From assembly GCA_963777835.1 (NCBI GenBank), contig CAVZRK010000003.1, positions 43,429-107,428 of the forward strand: a stretch of 64,000 nt of DNA, given 5' to 3'. The stretch comes from an uncultured Gemmatimonadales bacterium (GTDB taxonomy: Bacteria; Gemmatimonadota; Gemmatimonadetes; Gemmatimonadales; GWC2-71-9). The position numbers were made by a program, and so were the translations under genes. Under the pieces are notes generated by a model that worked only from the letters and a program-made list of their open reading frames with translations, was not told the origin of the DNA and searched no databases. Positions 55,045 to 64,000 of the stretch are shown piece by piece; position 1 is the stretch's first letter; every line of letters begins with the position of its first letter.

Positions 55045-56162
55045 CCCGTCCGCGGCGGGAACTGCACGCCCGCCCTCCGCACCAGCAGCACGTCCGCCAC
55101 GTTTTCTCGTGTCAGGAGCCCGACGAGCGAGCCGCCTTCGTCGACCACGGGCAGCGCCGGAAGCCCGCTCAACCCGAGCCGATTGAGCGCTTCCTCGAAC
55201 GGCAGTGCCAGGGCCAACGCCGGCACGGCCGGTGTCATGGCCCGTTCCACCGAGGCCCCACCGCCAAGCTCCGACAACCCGCGGATCAGTCCGTCCCGGG
55301 TGAGCATCCCCTCGACGCGCCCCCAGTTGTCCACCACCGGAAACTCCCGCTGCTCTCCGGCAAGGAGGGCATCCACGGCGTGCTGCAGCGTCGCGTGCAC
55401 CGGGAGCGCCACGAACTTGGTGATCATCAAGTCCCGCACCGTCAGCCCCTGGCCTGCTACCCGGGTCTCGACCGCCCCGGTCTCCGCGCCGGCGGCGAGG
55501 AAGATGAACACGGAGATCAGGACCAGCACGAAGTTCGACTCGAAACCCCATTCCGAAAAGAAGCCCAGCCCCCAGAGGCCGAGGCCGACCGCCCCCACCT
55601 GGCCCACCCGGGCGGCGATCCGGGTCGCGCGCTGGAGGCCGAGCCGCATGGCGAGCAGGGCCCGCAGCATCCGGCCGCCATCCATGGGGAAGATCGGGAG
55701 GAGATTGAAGAGGAGCAGGGCCACGTTCACCCACATGACCTGCTGCGCGAGCCCCGCGTGCCCAGGTTCGAGACTGGTGCCGTCGAGCGGGGCGCCGGCG
55801 AGGCGAAGTCCGGCGAAGAGCGCGAGCGCGATGACCAGGGTGACGGCGGGGCCTGCCGCGGCGATGAGCAGCTCCTGTTTCGGCTCGTCCGGCATCCGCT
55901 CGAGCCGCGCCAGGCCTCCGATGGGGAGGAGGATGACGTCCGGGGTCCGCACGCCGAAGCGCCGGGCCATCAGGATGTGCCCGAACTCGTGCAGCAGGAC
56001 GCAACTGAACAGGGCGAGCAGGAAGACCACCGCCTCCACGGCGGCGGCGGCGCCGCCGTCCGACCAGGCGGACCAGGCCCACCACGCCACGAGGGCGAGG
56101 AAGGTGATGTGGATCTTGACGTCAGTGCCGCCGATGCGGCCGACGCGGAACGACCACTGCAT
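55041..56162 (-). CDS. Site-2 protease (M50) with CBS domains
   Basis: LLHEFGH, PIGG, AGP, FNLLPIFPMDGGR and two CBS repeats. Confidence 0.92.
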   Translation of the reverse strand: MQWSFRVGRIGGTDVKIHITFLALVAWWAWSAWSDGGAAAAVEAVVFLLALFSCVLLHEFGHILMARRFGVRTPDVILLPIGGLARLERMPDEPKQELLIAAAGPAVTLVIALALFAGLRLAGAPLDGTSLEPGHAGLAQQVMWVNVALLLFNLLPIFPMDGGRMLRALLAMRLGLQRATRIAARVGQVGAVGLGLWGLGFFSEWGFESNFVLVLISVFIFLAAGAETGAVETRVAGQGLTVRDLMITKFVALPVHATLQHAVDALLAGEQREFPVVDNWGRVEGMLTRDGLIRGLSELGGGASVERAMTPAVPALALALPFEEALNRLGLSGLPALPVVDEGGSLVGLLTRENVADVLLVRRAGVQFPPRTG

Positions 56163-56316
56163 GCCTGCTCCCCGGGAGACGTACCCGAAATGTCGCCCGG
56201 TGGCGCCCCCGGCGGGAGGCACCCCGGAAGCCGCCGAGGCGCGGATGCTTTCGGGAGGAGGCCGTGGGCGTTAACATTGAGGCCGATTCTCCAGCAGGAG
56301 CACCGCGATTACGACC

Positions 56317-58246
56317 GTGACGCCGCCGCCCACCACGCCGGCCACCTGGACCCCCAGGGACGCTGAAAAGCTCTACAACATGCCGGGCTGGGGCCTGGGC
56401 TTCTTCCGCACGAACGCCGACGGCCACGTGACCGTCCACGCCGACGGCGATCCCGCCCACGGACTCGACCTCTACCAGCTGGCCATGGACCTGCAGGCGC
56501 AGGGCGTCGGCCTTCCGCTGCTGCTCCGCTTCTCCGACATCCTTCGCGCCCGGATCTCACAGCTCGCCGAGGTGTTCCGCTCGGCCATCAGGGAGTTCGG
56601 CTACGAAGGATCGCTACACCACGGTCTACCCGATCAAGGTCAACCAGCAGCGGCACGTGGTGCAGGAGATCGTCGAGTTCGGCGCCGCGCACGGCGTGGG
56701 CCTCGAGTGCGGGAGCAAGCCGGAGCTGCAGGCGGTGCTCGGGCTGCACGAGAGCACCCAGCACCTGATCGTCTGCAACGGCTACAAGGACGAGGAGTTC
56801 ATGCGGCTGGCCCTGATGGGGCAGCAGCTGGGCCACCAGGTGTTCATCGTGGTCGAGCAGCTCCACGAGCTGGACCTGCTCCTGGCGGTGGCCGACGAGA
56901 TGGGGATCGTCCCGACCCTGGGCGTGCGGATCAAGCTCGCCACGGAGGGCTCGGGCCGGTGGGCCAAGAGCGGCGGGGAGAAGTCGAAGTTCGGCCTGAG
57001 CGCGGTGGAGCTGATGCGGCTGCTCGACCAAGCTCGACCGACTGGGGCGGAAGGACCTGCTCAAGCTGGTGCACTTCCACCTCGGCAGCCAGATCACCGA
57101 CATCCGGTACGTCAAGGCGGGGCTGGAGGAGATCACCCGCTACTACGTCGAGATCCACGCGCATGGGCTTCCAGCTGACCCACGTGGACGTGGGCGGCGG
57201 CCTCGGCGTGGACTACGACGGCTCCCGCTCGACCCGGCCCGCCAGCGTCAACTACACCATGCGCGAGTACGCCAACGACGTGGTGTACACCATCGGCACC
57301 GCCTGCCGCGAGCGGGAGCTGCCGATGCCGCACCTGATCTCCGAGTCGGGGCGGGCGCTGACGGCGCACCACTCCCTGCTCCTGGTCAACGTGATCGACG
57401 TCGAGAGCCAGGTCGAGCCGGTCCCGCCGCTCCTCGGCGACGACCCGCACCCGCTGCTGCGCGAAATGGCGGAAAACCTCGACGGGCTCAACATCGAGCG
57501 GCTCGACGAGGCGTTCCACGACGCCATCTTCGCCAAGGAACGGACCAACGAGTACTTCGCGAGCGGCGTCTTCACGCTGCGGGACAAGGCCGACGCGGAG
57601 CAGCTGTATCTCTGCACGCTGACCGCCCTGCAGCAGCTGCTGGGCGACGACCGGACCTCGCACCCGGAAATCACCGCCCACATCGACGCCACGCTGGTCG
57701 ACCGATACTTCTGCAACTTCTCGGTGTTCCAGTCGCTGCCCGACAACTGGGCCATCGACCAGCTCTTCCCGATCATGCCGATCCACCGGCTGGGCGAGCG
57801 GCCCGACCCGCCGCGGCACCATCCAGGACGTCACCTGCGACTCCGACGGCGTGATCGACCGCTTCGCCGGCGGCCGGAAGGGCAAGCCGTCGCTCGAGCT
57901 GCACGCCTGCGCCGACGGCGACGCCTACATCCTCGGCATCTTCCTGACCGGCGCGTACCAGGAGATCCTGGGCGACCTCCACAACCTCTTCGGCGACACC
58001 AACGCCGTGCACGTGCGGCTGTCGAAGGACGGGGGCTACGAGGTGACCGACCTGGTGCACGGGGACACCGTGACCGAGGTCCTCAACTACGTGCAGTTCC
58101 ACGCCTCCGACCTGCTGGCCACGTTGCGGCGCAAGGTGACCGCGGCCCGGGATCTCTCCCGGGCCGAGGCGAATTCCTTCATTGCGGATTATGTCGCGGG
58201 CCTCGAGGGGTACACGTACCTCGAGGGCGAGGCCTGGCCCGACTAG
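56317..58246 (+). CDS. speA: Biosynthetic arginine decarboxylase; about 4 frameshifts (near 56610, 57035, 57160, 57808)
   Basis: YPIKVNQ, GLECGSKPEL, KSKFGL, HFHLGSQI, DVGGGLGVDYDG, ESGRA, NFSVFQSLPD and GAYQEILGDLHNLFGD. Confidence 0.93.
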
Positions 58247-58249
58247 CGG

Positions 58250-59536
58250 CTACTTCCGCTGCTCGATCGGGACGAAGCTGCGGGTGTCGGGCCCGGTGTA
58301 GATCTGCCGCGGGCGGGCGATCTTCTGCTCGCCGTCGGTGATCATCTCCTCCCACTGCGCCAGCCAGCCGGGCATCCGGCCCAGCGCGAAGAGCACGGTG
58401 AAGTAGTCGGTCGGGTAGCCCATGGCCTGGTAGATCAGGCCGGAGTAGAAGTCCACGTTCGGGTAGAGCTTCCGCTTGATGAAGTACTCGTCGGACAGCG
58501 CGATCCGCTCGAGCTCCACCGCGATCTCCAGCTTCGGGTTCAGCCCCGTCTCCGCGAACACCTCGTCCGCCACCCGCTTGATCAGCTTGGCCCTCGGGTC
58601 GTACGACTTGTACACCCGGTGGCCGAAGCCCATCAGCCGCCCTTCGCCCGCCTTCACCCGCTCGATGAACGCCGGGATGTTCTTCTTGTCGCCGATCTCG
58701 TCCAGCATGCGGAGCACCGCCTCGTTGGCGCCGCCGTGCAGCGGGCCGTAGAGGGCGGCGATGCCGGCGGAAATGGCCGAGAACGGGTCCACGCCGGAGG
58801 AGCCGACGCCGCGGACGGCGCTGGTCGAGCAGTTCTGCTCGTGGTCGGCGTGGAGGATGAGGAGGATTTCCAGCGCCCGCTGCAGCACCGGGTTCGGCTG
58901 GTGGTGCCCGCCGATGCTGAACGTCATGTTGACGTAGTTGCCGATGTAGTCGAGGTCGTTGCGCGGGAACTCGTACGGGAGGCCGCGGGTCTGCCGGAAG
59001 CAGAACGCCGCCAGCGTCGGGATCTTGGCCATCAGGCGGACGCGCTGGATGTAGCGGTTGTCCGGGTCGTGGATGTTCTTGGCGTCGGGGTAGAACGTCG
59101 AGAGGGCGCCGACCACGCCGAGGAGCATTCCCATCGGGTGGGCGTCGTAGCGGAACCCCTCGAGGAACTTGATGATGTTGGTGTGGACGTAGGTGTGGAA
59201 CATGATGTCGTGCTCCCACTTGGCCAGCTGCGCCTTGGTGGGGAGCTCGCCCTCGCTCAGGAGGTACGCCACCTCGAGAAAGCTCGCCTTGTCGGCCAGT
59301 TCCTCGATGGGGTAGCCCCGGTAGCGGAGGATGCCGCGGTCGCCGTCGATGTAGGTGATGGCGCTTCGGCAGGCGGCGGTGTTGGTGAAGGCCGGATCGT
59401 AGGTCATCAGGCCGAAGTCGTCGTCCGAGGTCTTGATCTGGCGCAGGTCGATCGCCCGCACCGTTCCGTCGGCGATCGGCAGCTCGTAGCGCTTGCCGGT
59501 CCGGTTGTCGATGACGCTCAGGGTTTCGTTCGACAC
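58250..59536 (-). CDS. gltA: Citrate synthase
   Basis: LHADHEQNCST, GPLHGGANE, LMGFGHRVYK..DPR and YPNVDFYSG. Confidence 0.96.
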   Translation of the reverse strand: MSNETLSVIDNRTGKRYELPIADGTVRAIDLRQIKTSDDDFGLMTYDPAFTNTAACRSAITYIDGDRGILRYRGYPIEELADKASFLEVAYLLSEGELPTKAQLAKWEHDIMFHTYVHTNIIKFLEGFRYDAHPMGMLLGVVGALSTFYPDAKNIHDPDNRYIQRVRLMAKIPTLAAFCFRQTRGLPYEFPRNDLDYIGNYVNMTFSIGGHHQPNPVLQRALEILLILHADHEQNCSTSAVRGVGSSGVDPFSAISAGIAALYGPLHGGANEAVLRMLDEIGDKKNIPAFIERVKAGEGRLMGFGHRVYKSYDPRAKLIKRVADEVFAETGLNPKLEIAVELERIALSDEYFIKRKLYPNVDFYSGLIYQAMGYPTDYFTVLFALGRMPGWLAQWEEMITDGEQKIARPRQIYTGPDTRSFVPIEQRK

Positions 59537-59628
59537 AGCACGGTCCTTATGGTGAGGAGGCGTTGCACAGACGGGAGTAAACTAGCCGCGCGGCGGGCCG
59601 GGGCAAAGCCGGTTACGTTTGTCCGCCG

Positions 59629-60543
59629 ATGACCGCACCGCGTCCCGATTCCCCCTCGCTCGCCGAGCGCGCCTCGGGCGCGCTGCTGGCCCACGCGGCC
59701 GGCAACGCCCTCGGCGTCCCCACCGAATTCCTACAGACGCCAGACGCGATCCTGGCGGAGTTTCCCGGCGGGCTGCGGGACATCATCCGCCGGGACACGC
59801 CCCTGTCGCCGTTCGACGACGACGTGGCCATGGCGCTCCTGCTGGCGGAGGAACTCCTGGCGGGCGACGTGGACCTCGAGCGGCTGGCCGGCCGGTGGAT
59901 CCGGTGGCTCGACACGGACGGGCGCGGGGCGGGGAACTGGACCCGCACGGCGCTGAACCACATCCGGACCCATGGCTCGCCGCCGTCCGGCACCGGGGGC
60001 CGGGCACCCAACGGCGCCGTCATGCGGGCGCTGCCGGTGGCGCTCGCCACGCGCGGCTCGCCGCGCAACCTCGTGGCGGGCACCTGGCACACGGCGGCCC
60101 TGACCCATCCCGACGACCGGTGCACCTGGAGCGCGGTGGCCGTGAACGTGGCCGCGGCCGAGCTGCTCGCGGGCCGCCGGGACTTCCTGGCGGACGTGAT
60201 CGAGGTGCTCCGGGTCAACGACGCCCCGCCCGAACTCCTGGCCGCGGTGCGGCGGGTGCCGCTGGAGCGGCGGGAGGAGCTGCCGATACTCGGCGAGCGG
60301 GCGTGGGACGCCGTGAGCTGCGCGGAGATCGCGCTCTGGGTCGCGTGGCACGAGCCGAACCTGGAAGCGGCGCTCATCTGGCTGGCGAACGCGGGCGGCG
60401 ACACCGATACCAACGCCGCGGTGGCGGGCGGGCTCCTCGGCGCCCGGGACGGGGAGGCCGCCGTGCCCGTGCGGTGGATCGCGGCGCTGCCGGAGGTGGA
60501 CCGCCTCCGGAGCGTCGCGCGGCGGCTGGTCGGGGCGGCGTAG
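59629..60543 (+). CDS. ADP-ribosylglycohydrolase family protein
   Basis: GNALG.P.EF, DDD, NGAVMR, THPD and GGDTDTNAAVAGGLLGA. Confidence 0.88.
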   Translation: MTAPRPDSPSLAERASGALLAHAAGNALGVPTEFLQTPDAILAEFPGGLRDIIRRDTPLSPFDDDVAMALLLAEELLAGDVDLERLAGRWIRWLDTDGRGAGNWTRTALNHIRTHGSPPSGTGGRAPNGAVMRALPVALATRGSPRNLVAGTWHTAALTHPDDRCTWSAVAVNVAAAELLAGRRDFLADVIEVLRVNDAPPELLAAVRRVPLERREELPILGERAWDAVSCAEIALWVAWHEPNLEAALIWLANAGGDTDTNAAVAGGLLGARDGEAAVPVRWIAALPEVDRLRSVARRLVGAA

Positions 60544-60593
60544 CTGGCCGCCGCTCGCGCTCCCGCCGCTCCGCCTGTATATCTCAGCCTCAC

Positions 60594-60620
60594 CGAAACC
60601 GGCTCCCGCCTGCACCCGTA
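60594..60620 (+). promoter_or_regulatory. Putative ECF sigma promoter for the M28 peptidase gene
   Basis: CGAAACC-N16-CGTA. Confidence 0.4.
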
Positions 60621-60674
60621 GGCCCAGCCAGCATGGTATCCCTGCCCCCTGTTCCCGCATCGGAAGGCCCACAG

Positions 60675-62198
60675 ATGACACGACGGTTCCTGCTGCTGCT
60701 CGCACTCGCCGCCACGCCGCTCGCCGCCCAGACCGGGGTGGACACGGCCGGCGCCGGCGCCCTGATCGACCAGGCGATGAACAAGTCCCAGGTCATGGCC
60801 AACCTCGGGTACCTCACCGACGTGATCGGCCCGCGGCTCACCGGCTCGGCGGGAATGAAGCGGGCCAACGACTGGACCGAGGCCCAGTTCAAGTCCTACG
60901 GCCTGTCCAGCTGGCAGGAATCGTGGGAGTACGGCGTCACGTGGGAGCGCGGCGAGATCGCCTTCCGCATCGACTCACCCTTCGTCCGGAACCTGACCGC
61001 CCACAGCTGGGCCTGGACGGTGGGCACCGAGGGGAAGACGCTCACGGGGCCGGTGGTGATGGTGGACGTCTCGACGCCCGAGAGTCTTGCGGTGTACAAG
61101 GGCAAGGTGAAGGGGGCGTGGCTGATGCTCCGGCCGCCGACCAGCATCTGGAACCCGGACGGGCCGCCGATGACCGCCGCGGATTCCGCCGCCGCGCAGA
61201 AGGAGCGGGAGGCCCGCGTCGCCGCGATGCGCGCCACCCCGACCGACACGTCGGCGGCCGCGCGCCAGGCCCGGCGCCAGTTCGCCGTGGACCGCAACTA
61301 CCTGCTCAAGAACGCCGGTGCGCTCGGCGTCCTGACCGACGGCTCCAAGGAATTCGGGCTCATGACCATGAGCGGATCGGCGTACAGCATCTCGCCGCTT
61401 CCAAACGTCGTGGTGGCGCACGAGGACTACACCTTCTTCAGCCGCCTGCTCGCGCGGGGTGTGACCCCCACCGTCTCCGGCCGGATCAGCAACACGATCG
61501 GGAAGAAGCCGGTCCAGCAGTGGAACACGGTCGCCGAGATCAAGGGCACCGAGTGGCCGGACCAGGTGGTGATCCTCGGCGCCCACCTCGACAGCTGGGA
61601 CCTCGGCACCGGCACCACGGACAACGCCACCGGCTCGATGGTCGTCATGGAGGCGGCGCGCGTCATCATGCAGAGCGGCCTCAAGCCGAAGCGGACGATG
61701 CGGTTCATCCTCTTCAGCGGCGAGGAAGAGGGCCTGCTCGGGTCGGTGGCGTACGCCGCCAAGCACGCGTCGGACCTGAACAACGTCCAGGCGGTGCTCG
61801 TGCTCGACAACGGCACCGGGATGATCACGGGGCAGGCGCTGCAGGGCCGGAACCAGGATGCCCAGCTCTGGCAGGAGCTGCTCGCCCCGGTGGCGTCGCT
61901 GGGCGCCTCCAAAGTGCGCGAGGCCAACAAGGGGGGCACCGACCACCTGGCGTTCACGCCGTACGGCGTGCCGGCGTGGAACTTCGACCAGGAAACCCGC
62001 GGCTACAACCACACCCACCACTCGCAGATCGACACCTACGACCACGCGGTGCCGGGCGACCTGATGCAGGCGTCGGCGGTCATGGCGGTGACGGGCTTCG
62101 AGCTGGCCAACCTGCCGGCGCTCCTGCCGCGCGGGCCGGTCACCCCGGTGACGCCGCGGACGGTGCTGCCGCCGAGCCCGGGGCTCGCCAAGAAGTAG
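60675..62198 (+). CDS. Exported M28 family metallopeptidase
   Basis: Signal peptide, IGPRLTGS, GAHLDSW, DNATG, GEEEGLLGS, GTDH and HHSQID. Confidence 0.9.
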   Translation: MTRRFLLLLALAATPLAAQTGVDTAGAGALIDQAMNKSQVMANLGYLTDVIGPRLTGSAGMKRANDWTEAQFKSYGLSSWQESWEYGVTWERGEIAFRIDSPFVRNLTAHSWAWTVGTEGKTLTGPVVMVDVSTPESLAVYKGKVKGAWLMLRPPTSIWNPDGPPMTAADSAAAQKEREARVAAMRATPTDTSAAARQARRQFAVDRNYLLKNAGALGVLTDGSKEFGLMTMSGSAYSISPLPNVVVAHEDYTFFSRLLARGVTPTVSGRISNTIGKKPVQQWNTVAEIKGTEWPDQVVILGAHLDSWDLGTGTTDNATGSMVVMEAARVIMQSGLKPKRTMRFILFSGEEEGLLGSVAYAAKHASDLNNVQAVLVLDNGTGMITGQALQGRNQDAQLWQELLAPVASLGASKVREANKGGTDHLAFTPYGVPAWNFDQETRGYNHTHHSQIDTYDHAVPGDLMQASAVMAVTGFELANLPALLPRGPVTPVTPRTVLPPSPGLAKK

Positions 62199-62220
62199 CC
62201 AGCCGCACTCCCGGGTAGCG

Positions 62221-62256
62221 AAGCGCGGTGCGGGGATCGACCCCCGCACCGCGCTT
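62221..62256. terminator. Hairpin between the convergent M28 gene and the small-ORF operon
   Basis: AAGCGCGGTGCGGGG-N6-CCCCGCACCGCGCTT. Confidence 0.7.
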
Positions 62257-62265
62257 TGCATCCAG

Positions 62266-62352
62266 CTACTTCCAGGGAGAGGGCGGAGGTGGTGGCGGGT
62301 CTTTCGTCGCCAGTTCCAGGCCGATTTCCTGGTGCGTCATCATGTGGGACAT
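62266..62352 (-). CDS. 28-aa polyproline-Trp peptide b (MSHMMTHQEIGLELATKDPPPPPPSPWK)
   Basis: Hand translation; AGGAG SD 5 nt upstream; paralogous to 62634-62720; mixed Pro codons. Confidence 0.7.
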   Translation of the reverse strand: MSHMMTHQEIGLELATKDPPPPPPSPWK

Positions 62353-62374
62353 TGCGGCTCCTGGTTCGTGTGCC

Positions 62375-62602
62375 TCAGTGGTGATGCCGGGTGAGTTGCC
62401 GCTCGGCTTTCTCGAGGCGGTCCGTCGTGTCCTTCAGCTTGGCCGCCATCTGGGTTCCCCACTTCTCCATTTCATGCATCCAGAGCTTCAGCGCATCGAC
62501 ATCGAGGATGTCCTCGCTGCGCGCTCTGGTGCGCCAGGGAAGCCGGCCCACCCACTTCCAGTTGCCCCGCACCTTGCTCCAGTGTCCTCGTCGGGTTGCC
62601 AT
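62375..62602 (-). CDS. 75-aa Trp-patterned coiled-coil small protein B
   Basis: AAGGAG SD; NWKW..LPW..LWMHEMEKWG; paralog of 62748-62966. Confidence 0.75.
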   Translation of the reverse strand: MATRRGHWSKVRGNWKWVGRLPWRTRARSEDILDVDALKLWMHEMEKWGTQMAAKLKDTTDRLEKAERQLTRHHH

Positions 62603-62633
62603 GAATCGCATCTCCTTGATCGAGGGGTTGAGG

Positions 62634-62720
62634 TCAGTCCCACGGCGGCGGCGGGGGCGGCGGCGGGTCCTCGGATGCAGCCGGCCGCGCCAGCGGTCCC
62701 GTCAGCGTGTTCGTCATCAT
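62634..62720 (-). CDS. 28-aa polyproline-Trp peptide a (MMTNTLTGPLARPAASEDPPPPPPPPWD)
   Basis: Hand translation; AAAGGAGG SD immediately upstream; paralogous to 62266-62352. Confidence 0.72.
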   Translation of the reverse strand: MMTNTLTGPLARPAASEDPPPPPPPPWD

Positions 62721-62747
62721 GCGCCTCCTTTCGGGCCGGCGAGGCGG

Positions 62748-62966
62748 TCACGCTCGCTCCTCGAGTTCGGACACGCGGGCCTCGAGGTCTCTGCACTTCT
62801 CGGCGACCATCCGTCCCCAGGTACTCATCTCTTTCATCCATTGTGACAATTGCGCTTCATCCCCGCGCCCCATCGTCTGTGTCGTCCAGGGTAGAGGGTC
62901 GGGGTAAGTCCACTTCCAGTCGCGTGCCCGTGGACCCTTGCTGGTGTTAGCCTTCCAGGTGCTCAT
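62748..62966 (-). CDS. 72-aa Trp-patterned coiled-coil small protein A
   Basis: GGAGG SD; DWKW..LPW..QWMKEMSTWG; paralog of 62375-62602. Confidence 0.75.
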   Translation of the reverse strand: MSTWKANTSKGPRARDWKWTYPDPLPWTTQTMGRGDEAQLSQWMKEMSTWGRMVAEKCRDLEARVSELEERA

Positions 62967-62994
62967 GCGGTCCTCCCCTCGGTAATGGTGAATG

Positions 62995-64000
62995 CTACTG
63001 CCTGCCAACGCTGCCGCTGCCCTGCAGGGCCTCAAGCCTTCGGCGGCTCTCTCGCGCCAGTTGCTGATCGCCGACCATGTCTGCTGCCGCGGCGCGGATG
63101 CTCAGGCTCATGGGCAGGAACACGATGTCGGCCAGGACGGCCGGTGCGTCCACGACGCTCGCGGTCTCGATGGCCTCGTAGGGCAGGCGCCGCGCGAGGT
63201 AGAGCTGCGCCAATAGAATCCGATCGGCGACGAGCGATTGCCACGGCATCGACGGTATCAGGTCCTTCGGGGCGGCCGGAGCGTTTGCGGCCAAAATGGC
63301 GATGGCTGCCGCAGTGTCGCTGCGCGCCAGGGCCAGGCGCCCTTCGAGGCTTCGTGCCAACGGCGACTCGCGACCGTGTCGCCGGACGGCGGCCCGGTGC
63401 ATGGCTTCCGTCGCCCCGACGTTGTCGAGTTCCGCGGACCATGCACCGGCAAGCCAAATCGTACCGTCGCCCACGTCGTCCGGTTGCTTCGCGAGGCGGG
63501 TCAAGGTGTTGGCCGCGAATGCCGTCGCCGCGGCTGTGTCCGGCGACCCCGCGAGGACATCCAGGGTCAGGAACAGCTGTCGGGCCACGAGCGGAAACAT
63601 GGAATCGGATTCGACGACCCTGCGCGCGCCGGTCGCGTCGCCCCGGGCCACGAGAATGCCCTGGCGCGCCACGAGGGCGCCGAATCGCAGGGGATCCGAG
63701 GGGTTTGTCTCCCCGACTGCATCTGCGGCCAGCTGGGCGCACTCCACTTGTCGGAGCCCTCCCCCCGTGAGGATCTGCACGGCGTCATACACCAGGGCCG
63801 GATCCCGGGAGGCTACAGACGTCCAGTCAACCGACGTCATGTCGCCAAGCGCACATCCCGTGGCCAAGCGGAGCCGTTCCAGTTCCCGGTCGTCGGGGCG
63901 TCCCGCGGCGAACTCGTCGAGCAGCCGGACCGCCGCGCTGTCGCTGCGTCGGAGCGCCGCCTCGACGAGGTGTGGGAGCGCGGGGGCGAAGGAGGAATCG
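62995..64000 (-). CDS. C-terminal part of a TPR-like receptor protein (paralog of the BTAD regulator at 20674); 5' end outside the window
   Basis: DSSFAPALPHLVEAALRRSD..RLRLATGCALGD aligns by eye with DSASVPALLHRIELAARQGD..FLRWRAAVALGD. Confidence 0.7.
   Translation of the reverse strand, partial: DSSFAPALPHLVEAALRRSDSAAVRLLDEFAAGRPDDRELERLRLATGCALGDMTSVDWTSVASRDPALVYDAVQILTGGGLRQVECAQLAADAVGETNPSDPLRFGALVARQGILVARGDATGARRVVESDSMFPLVARQLFLTLDVLAGSPDTAAATAFAANTLTRLAKQPDDVGDGTIWLAGAWSAELDNVGATEAMHRAAVRRHGRESPLARSLEGRLALARSDTAAAIAILAANAPAAPKDLIPSMPWQSLVADRILLAQLYLARRLPYEAIETASVVDAPAVLADIVFLPMSLSIRAAAADMVGDQQLARESRRRLEALQGSGSVGRQ

Noticed and set aside
62266-62720. Micropeptides as RiPP precursors
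   Set aside because: No modifying enzyme, dedicated protease or exporter is in the operon part visible here. This cannot be fully excluded because the locus extends past the window edge.

Overview
High-GC bacterial chromosomal window. The gene content is Gemmatimonadota-like (inferred): BTAD/TPR membrane regulators, Ser/Thr kinases, zf-HC2 anti-sigma plus DUF4097/DUF5916, and a SWIB protein. It is mostly core metabolism: hutUIG, aguAB, speA, pntAB, acnA, gltA, queCE, ettA, infA, csp, an Fe3+-type ABC transporter, several peptidases and tRNA-Pro(GGG). Many genes, including acnA and speA, carry single-base frameshifts that look like long-read indel errors. The most striking unexplained feature is at 62266-62966 on the minus strand. 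It is a tandemly duplicated two-gene module: a 72-75 aa Trp-patterned amphipathic/coiled-coil protein followed by a 28 aa peptide ending D-P6-[PS]-P-W-x-stop. Each gene has its own Shine-Dalgarno (SD), and the module lies directly downstream of a TPR-like receptor gene. Other notable signals are a GGDEF/CGNR/pseudokinase-kinase cassette next to a degenerate HD protein, a four-site ECF promoter motif, frequent leaderless-type starts, REP-like palindromes bracketing hutG, and a dispersed G-tract plus hairpin 3' element.
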